Assembly: GCA_964016885.1 (NCBI GenBank)
Contig: OZ024741.1
Coordinates: 358,360,001-358,424,000 of the forward strand
Source: Eledone cirrhosa
Lineage: Eukaryota
Direction: 5' to 3'
Length of the DNA stretch: 64,000 bases
Positions 44,434 to 58,800 of the stretch are shown here, piece after piece. Made by a program: the position numbers and the translations under genes. How positions within the stretch are numbered: the first letter of the stretch is position 1; each line of letters begins with the position of its first letter. The notes under the pieces are model-generated. The model made no database searches. It saw only the letters and a list, made by a program, of their open reading frames with translations, and was not told where the DNA came from.

Positions 44434-45017
44434 TGTTATTGTGGAGTATTACACTATTATCTTTTGTAAGACAAGAGAAGCTCTATGCACAGTAAAATCC
44501 TCGGTTCACCAGGAGTTAAAAACAGACGTTAGTTCTTGTTGCTGAGGACATTTCAAGTAGCAGAACATTAATATTCAATATGACAAAAGCCATGCTGCTG
44601 CCTATTATGTAATTTCCACTCCTGCAAGTCTTATAACAAATATTACTCCAACTGTTTAAGGAAAAATAATTGATAACATTGTAAATAATCATGACGTAAG
44701 GATTGTACCTCAACCTATTATGTTGCATGGTCAAAAAATTACATGTATAAAATATGTCTTTTAAAGTTTTGATATGAAGTCTATTTTTGATACTATTTGA
44801 ACTTGGTAAACTTTGTTCTTTCTCACATTTTCCTGAAGAAATGCAGTTATATGCATTATGTATGGTGTTAATAATAATTAATTATTTCCAGTTGTTATAT
44901 GCATGTATCGTTGTAACCGTATTGAAACATACGAAGAAGTTTAAGAATGAATTTAAGTTGTTAACCTTGATCTTACGTCATATTGAATATATGAATATCT
45001 ATCTATCTATATATGGC

Positions 45018-45735
45018 TGAGGTCAGACACCTTTCTCTCCGGCCAACAACTGATTCTTTTTTTCAAATACCATTTTGGAAGAAGAATCAGGATGGAGAGA
45101 GAGGTGCTGTACCCCAGAAAGTTTCATGAAAGGTGGATGAAAGTGGCGAGAATGGCCCGAGTGAATGGGCCTTCTCTCTATATCAGGCTGTAGGTTGAGG
45201 AAAAAGAGGAAGAGAGGAAAGGGGTACAAACTCTTCGTACTCCTGGAGATGAGGGTAGCACATTTTTTCGGGAGTATGTGTTACCCACATGAAATGTCTC
45301 CCCCTATTGGGGAAAATCGATTAATTTTTAAATTGCATTTGTGATAGTATTTTACACGTTTTTATTGTATGTAAACTTCCCCCTTTGTATTTGTCCCCTT
45401 CTTTTGTGCCCCTGAGGCTAATAAAGAAACATATCTATCTATCTACCTATCTATGTAATAAAGAAACAGTGGCGAGAATGGCTCGTGTAAATGGGCCTTC
45501 TCTGTATACCATCCTGTAGGTAAAGAAGTAAAGGAGAGGGGAGCACCTTCTCCATGTGCTCCCCGGGCAAAGGATTGCACACTTTTTCGGGGGTGTGTGC
45601 AACCCCCATCACGTCCCCTCCCTTTTGAGGTTATTTTCGATTATTTTCATGTTATACCCTTTTTACTCGATTGTATGTAAACTCCCCCCTTTGTATTTGT
45701 CCCTTCTTTTTATGCCTTTATGGTAAATAAAGAAA
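45018..45735 (+). mobile_element. Two tandem 5'-truncated Tx1-like 3' ends in (TATC)n
   Basis: 45018-45430 and 45468-45735 each end AATAAAGAAA followed by TATC. Confidence 0.8.
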
Positions 45736-45888
45736 TATATCTATGTAATAAAGAAACCTATCTATTTATATATATATATGTATATATATAATGTCGGAGG
45801 TGAGTTTTATTGTAGTACAATAAGGCAACATGTTGATATAACACTTCACTGCTCGCAAGTGTTTTTTAAGCTTCATATCATGTCTCCC

Positions 45889-45959
45889 TATTTTATCTGA
45901 TGAGAACGCAAATATCACCCCATGATGATATTTGTTTTTGAAATGCGCATAATAAAATA
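45889..45959 (+). ncRNA. Type-I hammerhead ribozyme in a (TA)n-embedded module
   Basis: TATTTTAT-CTGATGA-gaacgcaaatatca..tgatatttgttttt-GAAATGCGC-ATA-ATAAAATA; 8-bp stem I. Confidence 0.75.
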
Positions 45960-45994
45960 CATGGAACTCTTTTAACCATCTTTTGATTTTATAT

Positions 45995-46026
<32 letters not shown>

Positions 46027-46033
46027 TAAAAAG

Positions 46034-46072
<39 letters not shown>

Positions 46073-46469
46073 GGAGAGAGTTGAAAATGAACAAACATAA
46101 CACAGGAGGCAATTTTTACAGTTATAAGTTCGGATAGAGGGAGAACAGAAACTCGAAAGAATAGCGAAGTAAATTAAAAAGTAAAAATAATAGGGGTGGT
46201 ATAGGTCCAGGCTGGAGGGCCAGGGTGGTTGGTAGGGAGTGGCGTATGTGTGGTAGTGTATGTGTATGTCGAAGGGAAGAAATGGGTAGAATGCGGGGCT
46301 TCAAATGTTCTCAGTGTGTATAAAGAGAAGTCTGTCGTGTATTGGTTTTGTGTGTGTGTGTGTGTAGATGTATGTGAAATTTTGTATATTTTTTGTTGGT
46401 GTGTGTGCAAGAATATTTTGTGCGCGGGTAAAAAAGCATGTGTATTACTGGTGAGCATGTATGAGTATA

Positions 46470-46755
46470 TCTAAAGTCCATCTTAAGCCAGAAGGTTCAT
46501 TTGCCCGGTGCTTATCCCGGTTTCATGGCGTGAAGTGACTGAGAGTAAAAGACTCTCCCCTGGACAGGATGCCAGTCCATCAAAGGGTTAAAACCCCAGC
46601 TATTGCAGGTACTCATTTTCAGCTGAATATACTGGCGCAACGTGAAATGAAGTGTTTTTGCTCAAGAACACAGCACGCAACCCAGCCCAGGAATCGAACC
46701 CACGACATTACGATCGTAACTCCAACATCCTTACCATTAGGCCACGTGCCTTCAA
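46470..46755 (-). mobile_element. SINE family B-related copy
   Basis: Contains the reverse complement of gtgttcttgagcaaaaacacttc and of a B-box. Confidence 0.65.
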
Positions 46756-46758
46756 CTA

Positions 46759-49157
46759 GCAGCAAAACGGGAGAATTCCCAGTTTTGTGAGTCGGAGTGC
46801 AGTAACGTTGATGAGGAAAGACGAGAACAAGGGGGACGTTGTAGTTAATTCCGACTCATAACTCAGCTCAACACAGTTTAAGATTTTGGCTAAGATGCAA
46901 GCAACGAGGTTCGCGTTTGTAAGGGAGGCGCAGACGTACGCAATGCCGACCAGGTCCATACACGACAGCCTCCACCCCATGTGATGCATTAAAGAGATTG
47001 TAGGGACTAAACCTGGTTTCTGTGGGCTCAGATCAATCGAAAGCTTTCGATAGGGTCGACCATCGATACTTGAACGCAGTCCTCAAGGCAGCCAGCTTCG
47101 CTCCCATCCCCAGAGGCTGGATCGCTGCAATACACAACGGCAGCTGCTGAATGGTCAAAGTAAACGTCTACCTATCAGAACCGTTCCACATCACGTGCTC
47201 GATCCGTCACGGATGCCCTCTCTCTTCCCTTCTGTATGTACTGACTCTCGAGCCACTATTGCGGAAGCTGAAGCTGTTGCAAGGCATCCCAATCGAACCG
47301 GGACATGGAAGGGCTGTATCGGCATATGCGGACGACGTCACCGTTATGGTGTCGAACTCCTCAGAAATCGAGTTCTCCGTCACATTCTTGGAGGAATATG
47401 AAAGTTTGACGGGAGCAAAAATCAACCCAGAAAAGTCGGTGGGTTTTCAACTCGGCACCTGGAGAGGCAAATCCATGTTGGCAGCAGATGGACCGCCTCA
47501 CCGGTGGAATCTGTCCCTACCTCAAGAAGTAGAAGGGCTGGCGTCCTATGTTCGTGAGGCGCAGACGGGGGTGAGACATGACGGTCAGGCGATAATAGAT
47601 GACTGGTGCAATGAACACGTTAGCCACCTCTGGCCGACTTTTCAGGGATAGCTTGCACTCGGCCCATTTCTTGGTGAGAGTCGCCAATTTGCTCGTTACC
47701 TCGTCCCAGTTCTTATCCATCTAGAGGTCTGGACCTAACCAGACCCCGAGCAACTTCACCAGCCCGTCCAACATCCGACGACGCTGTTGAACGGGCTGGT
47801 GAAGTTGCTCGGGGTCTGGTTTGGTCCAGACCTCTAGATGGATAAGAATTGGGACGAGGTTACGAGCAAGTTGGCGACTCTCACCAAGAAATGGGGCGAG
47901 TGGAAGCTATCCCTGAAAAGTCGGACAGAGGTGGCTAACGTGTTCATTGCACCAGTCATCTATTATCGCCTGACCGTCATGTCTCACCCCCGTCTGCGCC
48001 TCACGAACATGGGACGCCAGCCCTTCAACTTCTTGAGGTAGGGACAGGTTCCACCGGTGAGGCGGTCCATCTGCTGCCAACAACCTCTTCGCAAAGAGCT
48101 GGGTATGCTGTTTTATGATGCGCAAACATGCACTGAGGCTATGGCATCTTCAGATATTCCAAAATGGTGACCACCGTTTATGAGACAGGTCTCTCTGCAG
48201 CTCGTCTTATAGGCTGCAGTCGTGGGTCAAGATAAATCCGAGACTGGGCGCCATGCATCTGGAATGTTGTTAGGCGCTCACAACTCTCAGCCAATCAGGT
48301 AATGTGGTCAATGGAAATTCCACTCTAGCGTTCTACAGAGGACTAGTGTTGGCCAAGAGTAACGACGGTCTCGGAGAAACTCAGGGCATCGACGAAATCG
48401 AGGTAATCAGTCTGTTCTGGATAACTTTCGAGCCGGAGACTATGGATAATTTCCAGAAATCCCTGGCTTGCAGTGCTACCGGTTCGAGATAAGCTTTACA
48501 AGCACGGAAGTTCTGTCAGACGAATCTGTCTGAGATGCGGGCAGAGCGATGAAATACAGAATGCTGTATGCACTCATCCAGTGTCCGAGCATTGCTGACT
48601 GGTGGAGATTTGTCGAACAGCTATTATCGCGTGTGGGATGGATCCGGTTATCAACCGGCTTCATCATGAAGATCGCCTCACAACCTTCTTTTGGCCGTGA
48701 AGAGCAGGCAGTTTTCCTGTCTGGTGGCTGTAGCAAAAGAGGCTGTGTAGCGGCCGAAAGGACAGAAAACACCCACTTTTCTTTTGGCCATGTCTCATCC
48801 ACTCTTTTGAGTTCAACTTGGAAAGGAAGGTAAGGGTGGAGAGAGAAGTACTGCTCCCCCTCCGGGTACATTTGTTAACAGGTGGGTGACTGTAGCGAGG
48901 ATAGCCCGAGTGAATAGGTCTACTCTGACCAGGCGTCTGTAGGCTGGAGAGGGGAACCTTCCATTGGTGCCCTTGAAGATTAGTGAGGTTTAGAATCTGT
49001 GGGATTCTTAGGTTACTCCTGTGTGGTACTCCTATTTGGGGAATTTTGTTGTTATTAATTTATCTTCTCTTGTTTTTTACTCATTTTATGCAAATCCCCC
49101 TTGCCGCATTTTTTGTAGATTCCTTTATATTTCGGCCCTAGTGATCAATAAAGAAAT
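46759..49157 (+). mobile_element. Tx1/L1-clade LINE, 5'-truncated, with internal inverted duplication
   Basis: SIRHGCPLSSLLY and SAYADDVT. 3' AATAAAGAAA followed by ATT repeats. 47476-47773 is inverted relative to 47785-48082. Confidence 0.85.
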
Positions 49158-49270
49158 AATTATTAATAGAAGAATGTGAAAAACAATAATTCAACACTCA
49201 TACATAGAATATGCGTGAGCGTGTCCAATCAACATTTCGTTACTTGCATAATTATAATTTAGTACCTGGT

Positions 49271-49980
49271 CGAATTTGTTTCCTCATAACTTTCCTCATA
49301 ATGCATATTTTTTAATGGAATTTTACAACTACATTTCCGAAGGTTGATATGAATATGTTGATGAAATTTAAGAGAACAAAAATGATTATGTGCTTTTTTT
49401 TAATGTCCTTATGTTCTTTTTTTTTTTTTGCGATTCATATTATTAGATATTATCATTGCGTGTCTGTAGAGAATTTATGACATTATCCGAATTGATATCA
49501 TTCATTATCAACACGAAAATTAAAGGCATGGTGAAATCATTTCCGAGTTGACGTTTTAGCTTAATACAAATGTAAATAACAAGTAAGAGACTTTCGTGAA
49601 GTCGGATCGAGGAAACAATGTTTCCATTGGTCTTTCCAAATGTTAATACTCTCTATCGGTCGCAACTCCAGGTAGAAGGAACAACGTGAAATAAAGTGTC
49701 TTCCCCAAGGACATAACGCATCGCCCGGTCTGGGAATCGAACTCACTACCTCACGATTGCGAATCTAATTCTCTAACCACTCAGCAACGCGCCTTCACTA
49801 GGAAGTAAATGATACCATTAACGAACGGAACTATACACTAATAAAAGTATTAGAAACAATTAATAAGTTTTTGTTTTAATTTCATTAACATAACTGTAAT
49901 TTACATCATGGAAATAGTATCTCTATAAAATGTCTTTAAAAAATATACATTATGAAGAAAGTTATGAGGAAACAAAATCG
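49271..49980. mobile_element. MITE-like element with ~45-bp inverted repeats and a nested SINE (49595-49800)
   Basis: cgaatttgtttcctcataacttt.. pairs with ..aaagttatgaggaaacaaaatcg. Confidence 0.55.
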
Positions 49981-50026
49981 TGGGTGAGAGCCATTATACT
50001 GCATTATGTCACGTTAGATTCTAATA

Positions 50027-50320
50027 CAGGAGCGTGCAACAGGCGGCCCGCGGGCCACAATCTGGCCCGCCAGACCAGCCAGTGTGACCCGCGATGACCC
50101 TTTTTAATTTTTACCTTGTAGCCTAATACAATTTTCTGTTAGTTGACATATACTAAAGGGCTTCACTGATAGGGTTATATGTGTTATAATTTCCCAGTTC
50201 CATGTTATGAAAAGAAGTTGTGGTGAATATTTGGAATAGTGCTTAATAAATATTAATGGCCCTAATAGTTGTTCCAATGTTCAAAAGTGGCCTGCTAATG
50301 GAATATGTTGCACACTCCTG
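50027..50320. mobile_element. hAT-type MITE
   Basis: TIR CAGGAGCGTGCAACA/TGTTGCACACTCCTG and a perfect 8-bp TSD TTCTAATA. Confidence 0.9.
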
Positions 50321-50617
50321 TTCTAATACCTAAAGTCTATCTCGAGGCCGGAGACTCGTCAGACTGATGCTTATACCGTTTTTTTTTCGTGGCATTAAGC
50401 GACTGAAAGTACAAGCCCCCCCCCCCCCCCCGGACAGTACGCCGGTTCATCACAGGGTAAATCCCCTCAGCTATTGCTGGTACTCGTTTTCAGCTGAGTA
50501 TACTGCAGCAACGTGAAATGAAACGTTTTGCTCAATATACAACCCAGTCCAAGAATCGAACCCACACCCTTACAATAAGGCCATGCGTTAGTTTAGGTTT
50601 CCATTATTTTTATATGA

Positions 50618-50802
50618 GCATTGGCAGTATCGGTAGAGGGTCAGACGCCATGCTTTGACGCATAGAGTTACGGCCCTTGCCATTCTGAGTTCAAAGCCCG
50701 CCGAGGTTAAGTTTGCCTTTCATCCTTACGGGGTCGATAAAATAAAGTACCAGTAATACACTGAAAAATTGCTGGCCTTGTGCCAAAAGTAGAAACAATT
50801 AT
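50618..50802 (+). mobile_element. SINE family A
   Basis: Full head, body and tail. Confidence 0.8.
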
Positions 50803-50904
50803 TTTTATATGAATCCGTTCGGTTGACATGAGTTTTTGTTCGTTACTACATCCGTTTCTAAAAACTCCGCTGTATGTTTACATACACACGCACACACAAG
50901 TGTG

Positions 50905-50953
<49 letters not shown>

Positions 50954-50983
50954 CAGTGTATGCATATATATACATGAGTGTTT

Positions 50984-51037
<54 letters not shown>

Positions 51038-51218
51038 AAACACTCATGTATACCTACACATAATGTATATATATGCATACACAGGCACACAGACACACGT
51101 ACGAACATACGTAAATTCATACATTCATACACACACACACATACACACACATATATATATATATATACACGTACATACATACACACACGTACGAACATAC
51201 GTAAATACATACATTTAT

Positions 51219-51250
<32 letters not shown>

Positions 51251-51318
51251 TTACAAACAATCAAGTATAAACATACCTACTTATAATGTATATATATATA
51301 TGCACACATGCAAATACA

Positions 51319-51746
<428 letters not shown>

Positions 51747-52009
51747 GGAAAGAGAGAGAGGGTGAGAGAGAGGGTGAGAGAGAGGGTGAGAGAGAGAGAG
51801 AGAGAGAGAGATTATGTATATATATTTTAAGTAAAGATTGAAGTTGAGGTAGGAGAGAAGTAACAAATGTGTGGAAGGATGAGGAGTAGAAGTAGGAGGT
51901 GTACATTTGAGTGAAACGAAAGGGAACGCTGGGAAGTGAGGCAGAAAAAATAAACACACACATCATATAGACATATACACACGCAGGCGTTCGGGACACA
52001 CACATACAC

Positions 52010-52053
<44 letters not shown>

Positions 52054-52579
52054 GCCTTGTCATTGTTTTTGTTTTTTACTTTGCCAATATATATATATAT
52101 ATCAATAACACATACACATACATACACGCGCGCGTCCACATACACACAAGCGCGCGCGCATAAACACAGCTACACACACACTCACACAGGCACGCTGAGT
52201 GTCTGTATGAGGATAAAAAGTGGTTGTGTTTGTGGTGGAAGTTGTATATATATAGATAGCAGTCCCAACAAAAAACAAACGCGACGAAATTTCAAAAGAT
52301 TTTGTTGTTGAAATCGCTTAGTTGAAGAGTCATAGTTACAACTGTCAAACGAAGTGTACAGTAAGTTGTAAAGTGATGGAAAATTCAATTTATCAACTGG
52401 TTGTAATTGTGGCCCTATATGGTAAGTTGATAGATAACTCTTAAAACTTTTTTTCCACTCAATTTCTCTCTCTTCGATCTCATTTCTAACACACACCCAT
52501 TCAATATTTTGTCGTGTGCCATCCTTAATGTTTTTCTTGGTGGTTAATAAAGAAATCATCATTAATTATTATTCCATCT

Positions 52580-53650
52580 TTTCCTTAACGGTGAACAGGC
52601 GGGGTTGCCGTTCACTAGACACGTGTCTCCACAGCTCGTCTCCTTGGTGGAGCTGTAGTCATGGGTCAAGCGGGGACCAAGAAGGAACGCTTGGAAGCTG
52701 GAATATCTGTAAGCGCTCAATACCCCCATCCAATCGGGCAGTACGATCGGTGGAAACTTCATCTTGGCGTTCTATAGAGGGTTAGTGGCGGATAAAAGCG
52801 ACGACGTTCTTGAGAAAACTCTTTGTATCGACTAAAGTCAACTAGCCACTCTTTTCGGGAGGACTTTCGGTTAAGGGCCCATGGATAATTTCCGGAAATC
52901 CCTGGCCTGGCAATGCTACCATGGAGCTTTGCCAGTTCAGGATAAACTCTTCAGGCATGGACGTGTCGTCTGCTGGGCCGATCCGAGATGCATGTAGGGC
53001 CACGAAACCGCCCTGCACGCACTCGTCCAGTGTCCGAGCATTGTTGACAGTGGGTTTATGTCGAACACTTGCTATCACATGTAGGACAACTCAGGCTATT
53101 GTGAAGATCGCTCCACCGCCTTCCTTTAGTCAGGAAAGGCTAGCTATTTTTATCTGACTGGTGGCGATAGGGAAAGAGGTTGTATATCGGACACTTCTGG
53201 AATTGTTGAAGACATGCACTTTCCTCTTCGGTGAAGCCCTGATTAACTTTTTCAGGTTTCACTCGAAGAGGAAAATCGGGGTAGAGAGGGAAGTGGTGCC
53301 TTTCAAGCAGTTTGTTGTAAGGTGGGTGAGAGAAACCGGCATGATCCGAATGAATGGGCCCACTCTGAGTGTGCACCTGTAGATCGAAGGAGGACAACTG
53401 GGACAGGACATTTTCCCCAGAGATCAGGGCACTCGTGGTTTTATGATTTTTTTTTTTCACGAGTGACTCTCTTTCCTATTTAGGAATCCCTTTGTTTTAA
53501 TTTTATTGTTATCTTTCTTTTTGACAATGTTAATTTGTTTGCACGCAAAACACACACACAAACAAACACACACACACACACACAATGTTTTCGTTCTGTG
53601 CCGTCATAATGTTTTTCTTGATGTTAACCCTTGTGGTGAATAAAGAAATC
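52580..53650 (+). mobile_element. Tx1/L1-like LINE 3' fragment
   Basis: Homology to 43100-43916; ends AATAAAGAAATCATTATT. Confidence 0.75.
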
Positions 53651-53656
53651 ATTATT

Positions 53657-54522
53657 GGTGGATTGGCAGCATCGGTAGAGGGTCGGACGCCATGCTTTCC
53701 AGCATAGAGTTACGGCCCTTTCCAATCTGAGTTCAAATCCCGCCGAGGTTAACTTTGCCTTTCATCCTTACGGGGTAGATAAAATAAAGTACCAGTAATG
53801 CACTGGGTATTTGCTGGCCTTGTGCCTAAAGTAGAAACAATTATTATTGAGTAGAAACAGTTATAATAATTGTTTCTACTGAAGGCACAAGGCCAGCAAT
53901 TTGGGGGAGAGAGATAGCTGACTAAATCAACACCAGTGCATTACTGTTACTTTATTTTATCGACCCCGTAAGAATAAAAGGCATAGTTATTCAGCGGGAT
54001 TTGAACTCAGAACGTAAAAGGTCATAACTCTATGCTGCAAAGTATGGTGTCTGACGCTCTTCCGATACTGCCAATCGGTTTAATAATAATAATCAACCTC
54101 GTTTATTATAATAATTGTTTCTACTTTAGGCACAAGGCCAGAATTACCCAGTGCATTACAGGTACTTTATTTTATCGACCCCGTAAGGATGAAAGGCAAA
54201 GTCTACCTCGGCGAGTATCGGTAGAGCGTTGGACAACATGCTATGTGGCATATAATTTCCTCCCTTTACGTTCTGAGTTCAAATCTCACCGAGGTTAGAT
54301 TTGCCTTTCATCCTTACGGGGTCGATAAAATAAAGTACCAGTATTGCACTGGGTTGAATTAATCGATATTCCCCTCCCCCAAAACTGTTGGCATTGTGCC
54401 TTTGCTTTTCTTCCTTACATGGTCAATAAAATAAAGCACCAGTAATGCACTGGGGTCTATTTAATTGACTTTCCCATCCCCTTTAAATTGCTGGCCTTGT
54501 GCCTAAAGTAGAAAGAATTATT
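53657..54522. mobile_element. Cluster of SINE family A copies in alternating orientation
   Basis: 53657-53848 (+), 53864-54076 (-), 54110-54212 (-) and 54212-54522 (+). Confidence 0.8.
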
Positions 54523-54740
54523 AAACTCTTTTATCAAGCGTTAAGCTCATAAATGATGATTGTATTGTATTATTCTGATATTTTCCCTTGTTGATCAACG
54601 ATACCGACCTCACCCTACATCTTCCAGGCTAAACGTCTCTCTTCTCTCTTCCCCACTCTCTCATTCTTTTTACGACTGGTCTACTGTCTTGCTCTCTTTC
54701 CCTTCCACTAATCTATCTATCTATCTATCTATATATCTAT

Positions 54741-54997
54741 AATGGGCCTTCTCTCTATATCAGCCTGTAGGTTGAGGAAAAAGAGGAAGAGAGGAAGGGG
54801 TACAAACTCTTCGTACTCCTGGAGATGAGGGTTGTACATTTTTTCGGGGGTATGTGTTGCCCATATGAAATGTCTCCCCCTATTGGGGAAAATCGATTAA
54901 CTTTTAAATTGTATTTGTGGTAATATTTTACACGTTTTTATTGTATGTAAACTTCCCCCTTTGTATTTGTCCCCTTTTTTGTGTCTAATAAAGAAAC
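54741..54997 (+). mobile_element. Tx1-like 3' UTR fragment in (TATC)n
   Basis: Near copy of 45164-45430 with TATC repeats on both sides. Confidence 0.8.
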
Positions 54998-55291
54998 ATA
55001 TCTATCTATCTATCTGTCTGTCTATTTGATTCTCTCTCTCTCATCTTAACGGTCTCCCGGTTCTACATTACCGCGTGGCAAGTATCAGGCTTAAAATCTT
55101 CTAAAAAGACGGAATTGGTACCCAGCGACTTTTCAGCGCAGTGGCTAATGTACTCACCCCGCTTCTAAGATATGCGGGTTTTGATTCCTCATAGATGCTT
55201 CAGTCCAATTTTTTCCGTTTTTCTCAATTATTTTTACGTTTTTCTCAATTATTTTTGCCCAATTTTCTCAATTGTTATTTCTAGTGATTTC

Positions 55292-55461
55292 TAATTGTTT
55301 CTACTTTAGGCACAAGGCCAGCAATTACCCAGTACATTACTGGTACTTTATTTTATCGACCCCGTAAGGATGAAAGGCAAAGTTAACCTCGGGGTCGATA
55401 AAATAAAGTACCAGTAATGTACTGGGTAATTGCTGGCCTTGTGCCTAAAGTAGAAACAATT
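55292..55461. mobile_element. Fold-back SINE family A insertion with TSD
   Basis: ~70-bp perfect inverted SINE 3' ends, flanked by TTATTTCTAGTGAT direct repeats. Confidence 0.8.
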
Positions 55462-55689
55462 ATTTCTAGTGATCGACTATTATTATGGTAATTTAAGGTG
55501 GTGGATTGTCACGCCATGCTTTGCAGCATAGAGTTACAGCCCTTTACAGTCTGAGTTCAAATTCCGCCGAGGTTAACTTTGCCTTTCATCCTTACGGGGT
55601 CAAAGCACCAGTAATGCACTGGGGGTAATTGCTGGCCTTCTGCCAAAAGTAGAAACAGTTATTAGGGTAATTTACCTTCGAACGCACAT

Positions 55690-55739
55690 ATTTCAGAAGA
55701 TCCCATATAAGGATGAAAGTAGAGGTTGTTTGCTTAAAT
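55690..55739 (+). ncRNA. Hammerhead-like motif with CAGAAGA core (divergent copy)
   Basis: ATTT-CAGAAGA-TCC catataa GGAT-GAA-AGTAGA ggttg TTTGCT-T-AAAT. Confidence 0.6.
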
Positions 55740-55844
55740 CTGTGCTAATATCGATATTTTACCTGGTTTTCTAAGCTCTGTTCACAGATGTTTCTTGCGC
55801 TCCAGATTTCTTTTTGTCTTTGTATTTATTACTATTAGCTGAAT

Positions 55845-58800
55845 AACCCTCTTTATATATTATAACATCCCCTCTCTCTATATATATATCTAACCCACTC
55901 TCTCTAAATATATTATAACCCCCTCTCTCTAAATATATTAAAACCACCCTCTCTCTATATATAAACCCATCCTTTTCTCTATATATTAAAACCACCCTCT
56001 CTCTATATATAAACACATCCTTTTCTCTATATATTAAAACCACCCTCTCTCTATATATAAACCCATCCTTTTCTCTATATATTAAAACCACCCTCTCTCT
56101 ATATATAAACCCATCCTTTTCTCTATATATTAAAACCACCCTCTCTCTATATATAAACCCATCCTTTTCACTATATATTAAAACCACCCTCTCTCTATAT
56201 ATAAACCCATCCTTTTCTCTATATATTAAAACCACCCTCTCTCTATATATAAACCCATCCTTTTCTCTATATATTAAAACCACCCTCTCTCTATATATAA
56301 ACCCATCCTTTTCTCTATATATTAAAACCACCCTCTCTCTATATATAAACCCATCCTTTTCACTATATATTAAAACCACCCTCTCTCTATATATAAACCC
56401 ATCCTTTTCTCTATATATTAAAACCACCCTCTCTCTATATATAAACCCATCCTTTTCTCTATATATTAAAACCACCCTCTCTCTATATATAAACCCATCC
56501 TTTTCTCTATATATTAAAACCACCCTCTCTCTATATATAAACCCATCCTTTTCTCTATATATTAAAACCACCCTCTCTCTATATATAAACCCATCCTTTT
56601 CTCTATATATTAAAACCACCCTCTCTCTATATATAAACCCATCCTTTTCTCTATATATTAAAACCACCCTCTCTCTATATATAAACCCATCCTTTTCTCT
56701 ATATATTAAAACCACCCTCTCTCTATATATAAACCCATCCTTTTCTCTATATATTAAAACCACCCTCTCTCTATATATAAACCCATCCTTTTCTCTATAT
56801 ATTAAAACCACCCTCTCTCTATATATAAACCCATCCTTTTCTCTATATATTAAAACCACCCTCTCTCTATATATAAACCCATCCTTTTCTCTATATATTA
56901 AAACCACCCTCTCTCTATATATAAACCCATCCTTTTCTCTATATATTAAAACCACCCTCTCTCTATATATAAACCCATCCTTTTCTCTATATATTAAAAC
57001 CACCCTCTCTCTATATATAAACCCATCCTTTTCTCTATATATTAAAACCACCCTCTCTCTATATATAAACCCATCCTTTTCTCTATATATTAAAACCACC
57101 CTCTCTCTATATATAAACCCATCCTTTTCACTATATATTAAAACCACCCTCTCTCTATATATAAACCCATCCTTTTCTCTATATATTAAAACCACCCTCT
57201 CTCTATATATAAACCCATCCTTTTCTCTATATATTAAAACCACCCTCTCTCTATATATAAACCCATCCTTTTCTCTATATATTAAAACCACCCTCTCTCT
57301 ATATATAAACCCATCCTTTTCTCTATATATTAAAACCACCCTCTCTCTATATATAAACCCATCCTTTTCTCTATATATTAAAACCACCCTCTCTCTATAT
57401 ATAAACCCATCCTTTTCTCTATATATTAAAACCACCCTCTCTCTATATATAAACCCATCCTTTTCTCTATATATTAAAACCACCCTCTCTCTATATATAA
57501 ACCCATCCTTTTCTCTATATATTAAAACCACCCTCTCTCTATATATAAACCCATCCTTTTCTCTATATATTAAAACCACCCTCTCTCTATATATAAACCC
57601 ATCCTTTTCTCTATATATTAAAACCACCCTCTCTCTATATATAAACCCATCCTTTTCTCTATATATTAAAACCACCCTCTCTCTATATATAAACCCATCC
57701 TTTTCTCTATATATTAAAACCACCCTCTCTCTATATATAAACCCATCCTTTTCTCTATATATTAAAACCACCCTCTCTCTATATATAAACCCATCCTTTT
57801 CTCTATATATTAAAACCACCCTCTCTCTATATATAAACCCATCCTTTTCTCTATATATTAAAACCACCCTCTCTCTATATATAAACCCATCCTTTTCTCT
57901 ATATATTAAAACCACCCTCTCTCTATATATAAACCCATCCTTTTCTCTATATATTAAAACCACCCTCTCTCTATATATAAACCCATCCTTTTCTCTATAT
58001 ATTAAAACCACCCTCTCTCTATATATAAACCCATCCTTTTCTCTATATATTAAAACCACCCTCTCTCTATATATAAACCCATCCTTTTCTCTATATATTA
58101 AAACCACCCTCTCTCTATATATAAACCCATCCTTTTCTCTATATATTAAAACCACCCTCTCTCTATATATAAACCCATCCTTTTCACTATATATTAAAAC
58201 CACCCTCTCTCTATATATAAACCCATCCTTTTCTCTATATATTAAAACCACCCTCTCTCTATATATAAACCCATCCTTTTCTCTATATATTAAAACCACC
58301 CTCTCTCTATATATAAACCCATCCTTTTCTCTATATATTAAAACCACCCTCTCTCTATATATAAACCCATCCTTTTCTCTATATATTAAAACCACCCTCT
58401 CTCTATATATAAACCCATCCTTTTCTCTATATATTAAAACCACCCTCTCTCTATATATAAACCCATCCTTTTCTCTATATATTAAAACCACCCTCTCTCT
58501 ATATATAAACCCATCCTTTTCTCTATATATTAAAACCACCCTCTCTCTATATATAAACCCATCCTTTTCTCTATATATTAAAACCACCCTCTCTCTATAT
58601 ATAAACCCATCCTTTTCTCTATATATTAAAACCACCCTCTCTCTATATATAAACCCATCCTTTTCTCTATATATTAAAACCACCCTCTCTCTATATATAA
58701 ACCCATCCTTTTCTCTATATATTAAAACCACCCTCTCTCTATATATAAACCCATCCTTTTCTCTATATATTAAAACCACCCTCTCTCTATATATAAACCC

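Noticed and set aside
44432-44763. Possible host exon or unknown coding remnant
   Set aside because: All frames are interrupted by stops and I recognise no motif.
55135-55205. tRNA gene
   Set aside because: Only degenerate A/B-box-like motifs and no cloverleaf; probably a SINE head. The other SINE heads were likewise not called tRNAs.
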